Assembly (NCBI GenBank): GCA_010093815.1 | Contig: ML996572.1 | Direction: 5' to 3' (one strand) | DNA from: Pseudovirgaria hyperparasitica | Lineage: Eukaryota | Length of the DNA: 64,000 nt | Part shown: positions 62,652 through 64,000 of the stretch, in pieces | How the letters are laid out: every line of letters starts with the position of its first letter | Numbering within the stretch: position 1 is the stretch's first letter | Program-made: the position numbers and the translations under genes | The notes under the pieces: model-generated | The model's database searches: none | The model's input: the letters and a program-made list of their open reading frames with translations, nothing else | What the model was told of the DNA's origin: nothing

Positions 62652-63880
62652 ATGGGCGCTCTAGACGTCGCCTCAAAAACCTACCTTCACCCTCGTTATC
62701 AACGACTGTTCTTTGGCTCGCTCCTGGTCTTACTGTCGATATCTTCTCTCTTTTACCTCAACCGCTCCAGGATTTCGCAGTCCGTTAGCAATGCGTGAGT
62801 GCTCTTGCTTCAATCCTCGCAAGTCCTACCCTGACTCTTCGCAGCGTGCACAAATCCAAGGTATCCTACGTGCTACCAGACGCCATCCCACTCAAACCCT
62901 CCTTGAGAGACATCATACAGGCCCTTTACGCTCCGACTCTACAGCCAATCACCGCTCCCACCTTCACTGACCCCGTCGACGGCGAGGTATTCCATATTCC
63001 GCAACACCCAATCTGGACAAAATCTCTCGGCAAGCGGCTATGCCTCGTCGACATCGATAACCGGCCCTTTGATGGCGAGAATGAGCTTATGGGGAAAGTA
63101 CCTACGCCATTCGACTGGACAACTTTCTCCAACACACCCTCTGGAATGCTTGGCCACTACTTCTACGCCATGATCCATGGCTACGACTACAAATTCATTC
63201 GCACTACCGACTACCCCGACCGCGCTCCCTACTGGACCAAAATTCCCGCCCTCGCCGACCATCTGCACGACTACGACTTTGTCGTCTCCATAGACGCCGA
63301 TGCCCAGATCCGCTTCCCCCAGCTCCCTTTCGAGTGGCTCCTCAACCGATGGAACGTGACCAAAGAGACCTCCATGACCATGGCTCTCGACCCCGATGAT
63401 CCACCAAACCACGACGTTCACGGTCGCCTACACGACAACGCCGGCTTCATCGTCGCTCAGAACCTCCCGCGCACTCACGACCTCCTCAAGACCTGGGCCG
63501 CGTGCCCCGACGAGCCCTCTCCCGAATTCGAGAACTGTGCTCGTTGGAAACATCCCTGGCCCGCTGAGCAGGCCGCTTTTGCAGAATACATTCGCACCAT
63601 ATACAACGAACCAAACGATCTGAATGAGATACCGTGCGACGAAGCGAATGGCACGCCTGACTTCACTCCCAACGGCGAGTTTCAGCATGGCTGCAAGGGG
63701 AAGTTTGTGCGCCATCACACCCTGAGCAAGGATGCTATCAAAGAAACCATCCAAAATGGCCATATGGGCGTTATCATGGGGAGAATGCACCAAGACTTCA
63801 ACGAGCACAAGGAGACGAACACCTATATGAGGAAGACGAACAATCTGACCAGGACGGACAGCGGTGATGTCATTGACTAG
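62652..63880 (+). CDS. GT34 (GMA12/MNN10-like) glycosyltransferase, type II membrane protein
   Basis: Exon 1 62652-62794 with TM FFGSLLVLLSISSLFYL; intron 62795-62844; HYFYAMIHGYDY, WTKI, DxD (IDADA), NAGFIVAQ, WPAEQAAF, PCDEANG. Confidence 0.85.
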
Positions 63881-64000
63881 GCGCATCCGTGCACTCGGCC
63901 TATTATGTCTTGCACGCCTTAAAAGTCCTTTGCTTTGCCTCCGCCCCCGGGATTCCCCGTTCGGGCTCGGAGCTCTCGGCTGAAAATTAACGCTCGAGGG

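Overview
Eukaryotic, intron-containing DNA from a filamentous ascomycete (Pezizomycotina; GT..AG introns with CTAAC-type branch points). About 16 protein-coding genes. Conserved genes: two Zn2Cys6 transcription factors (one ASG1-like), PFF1-type M28 vacuolar protease, a small SAM-dependent methyltransferase-like gene, KRI1, a SIP3/LAM-type BAR-PH-GRAM-VASt protein, a TRI12-like MFS pump, a ~3150-aa DUF3638/DUF3645-type protein, a BAHD acyltransferase, an ING/PHD protein, a bZIP factor and a GT34 glycosyltransferase. Accessory parts: (i) 3.3-9.2 kb: a tRNA-like Pol III element, a promoter with repeated CTATTGA/ATTGACGG motifs, an intronless orphan TM/coiled-coil gene, and directly downstream an array of ~38-bp hairpin repeats separated by variable spacers (CRISPR-like layout, no cas genes, broken by an assembly gap); (ii) a second orphan TM/disordered gene (53.3-56.6 kb) with CTATTGAG upstream; (iii) a ~28-36 kb TpA-rich, RIP-like degraded zone holding an apparently catalytically dead zincin-like gene near an intact HExxH relative; (iv) a divergent NoxR/p67phox-like TPR gene. 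All calls come from reading the sequence by eye; no searches were run.
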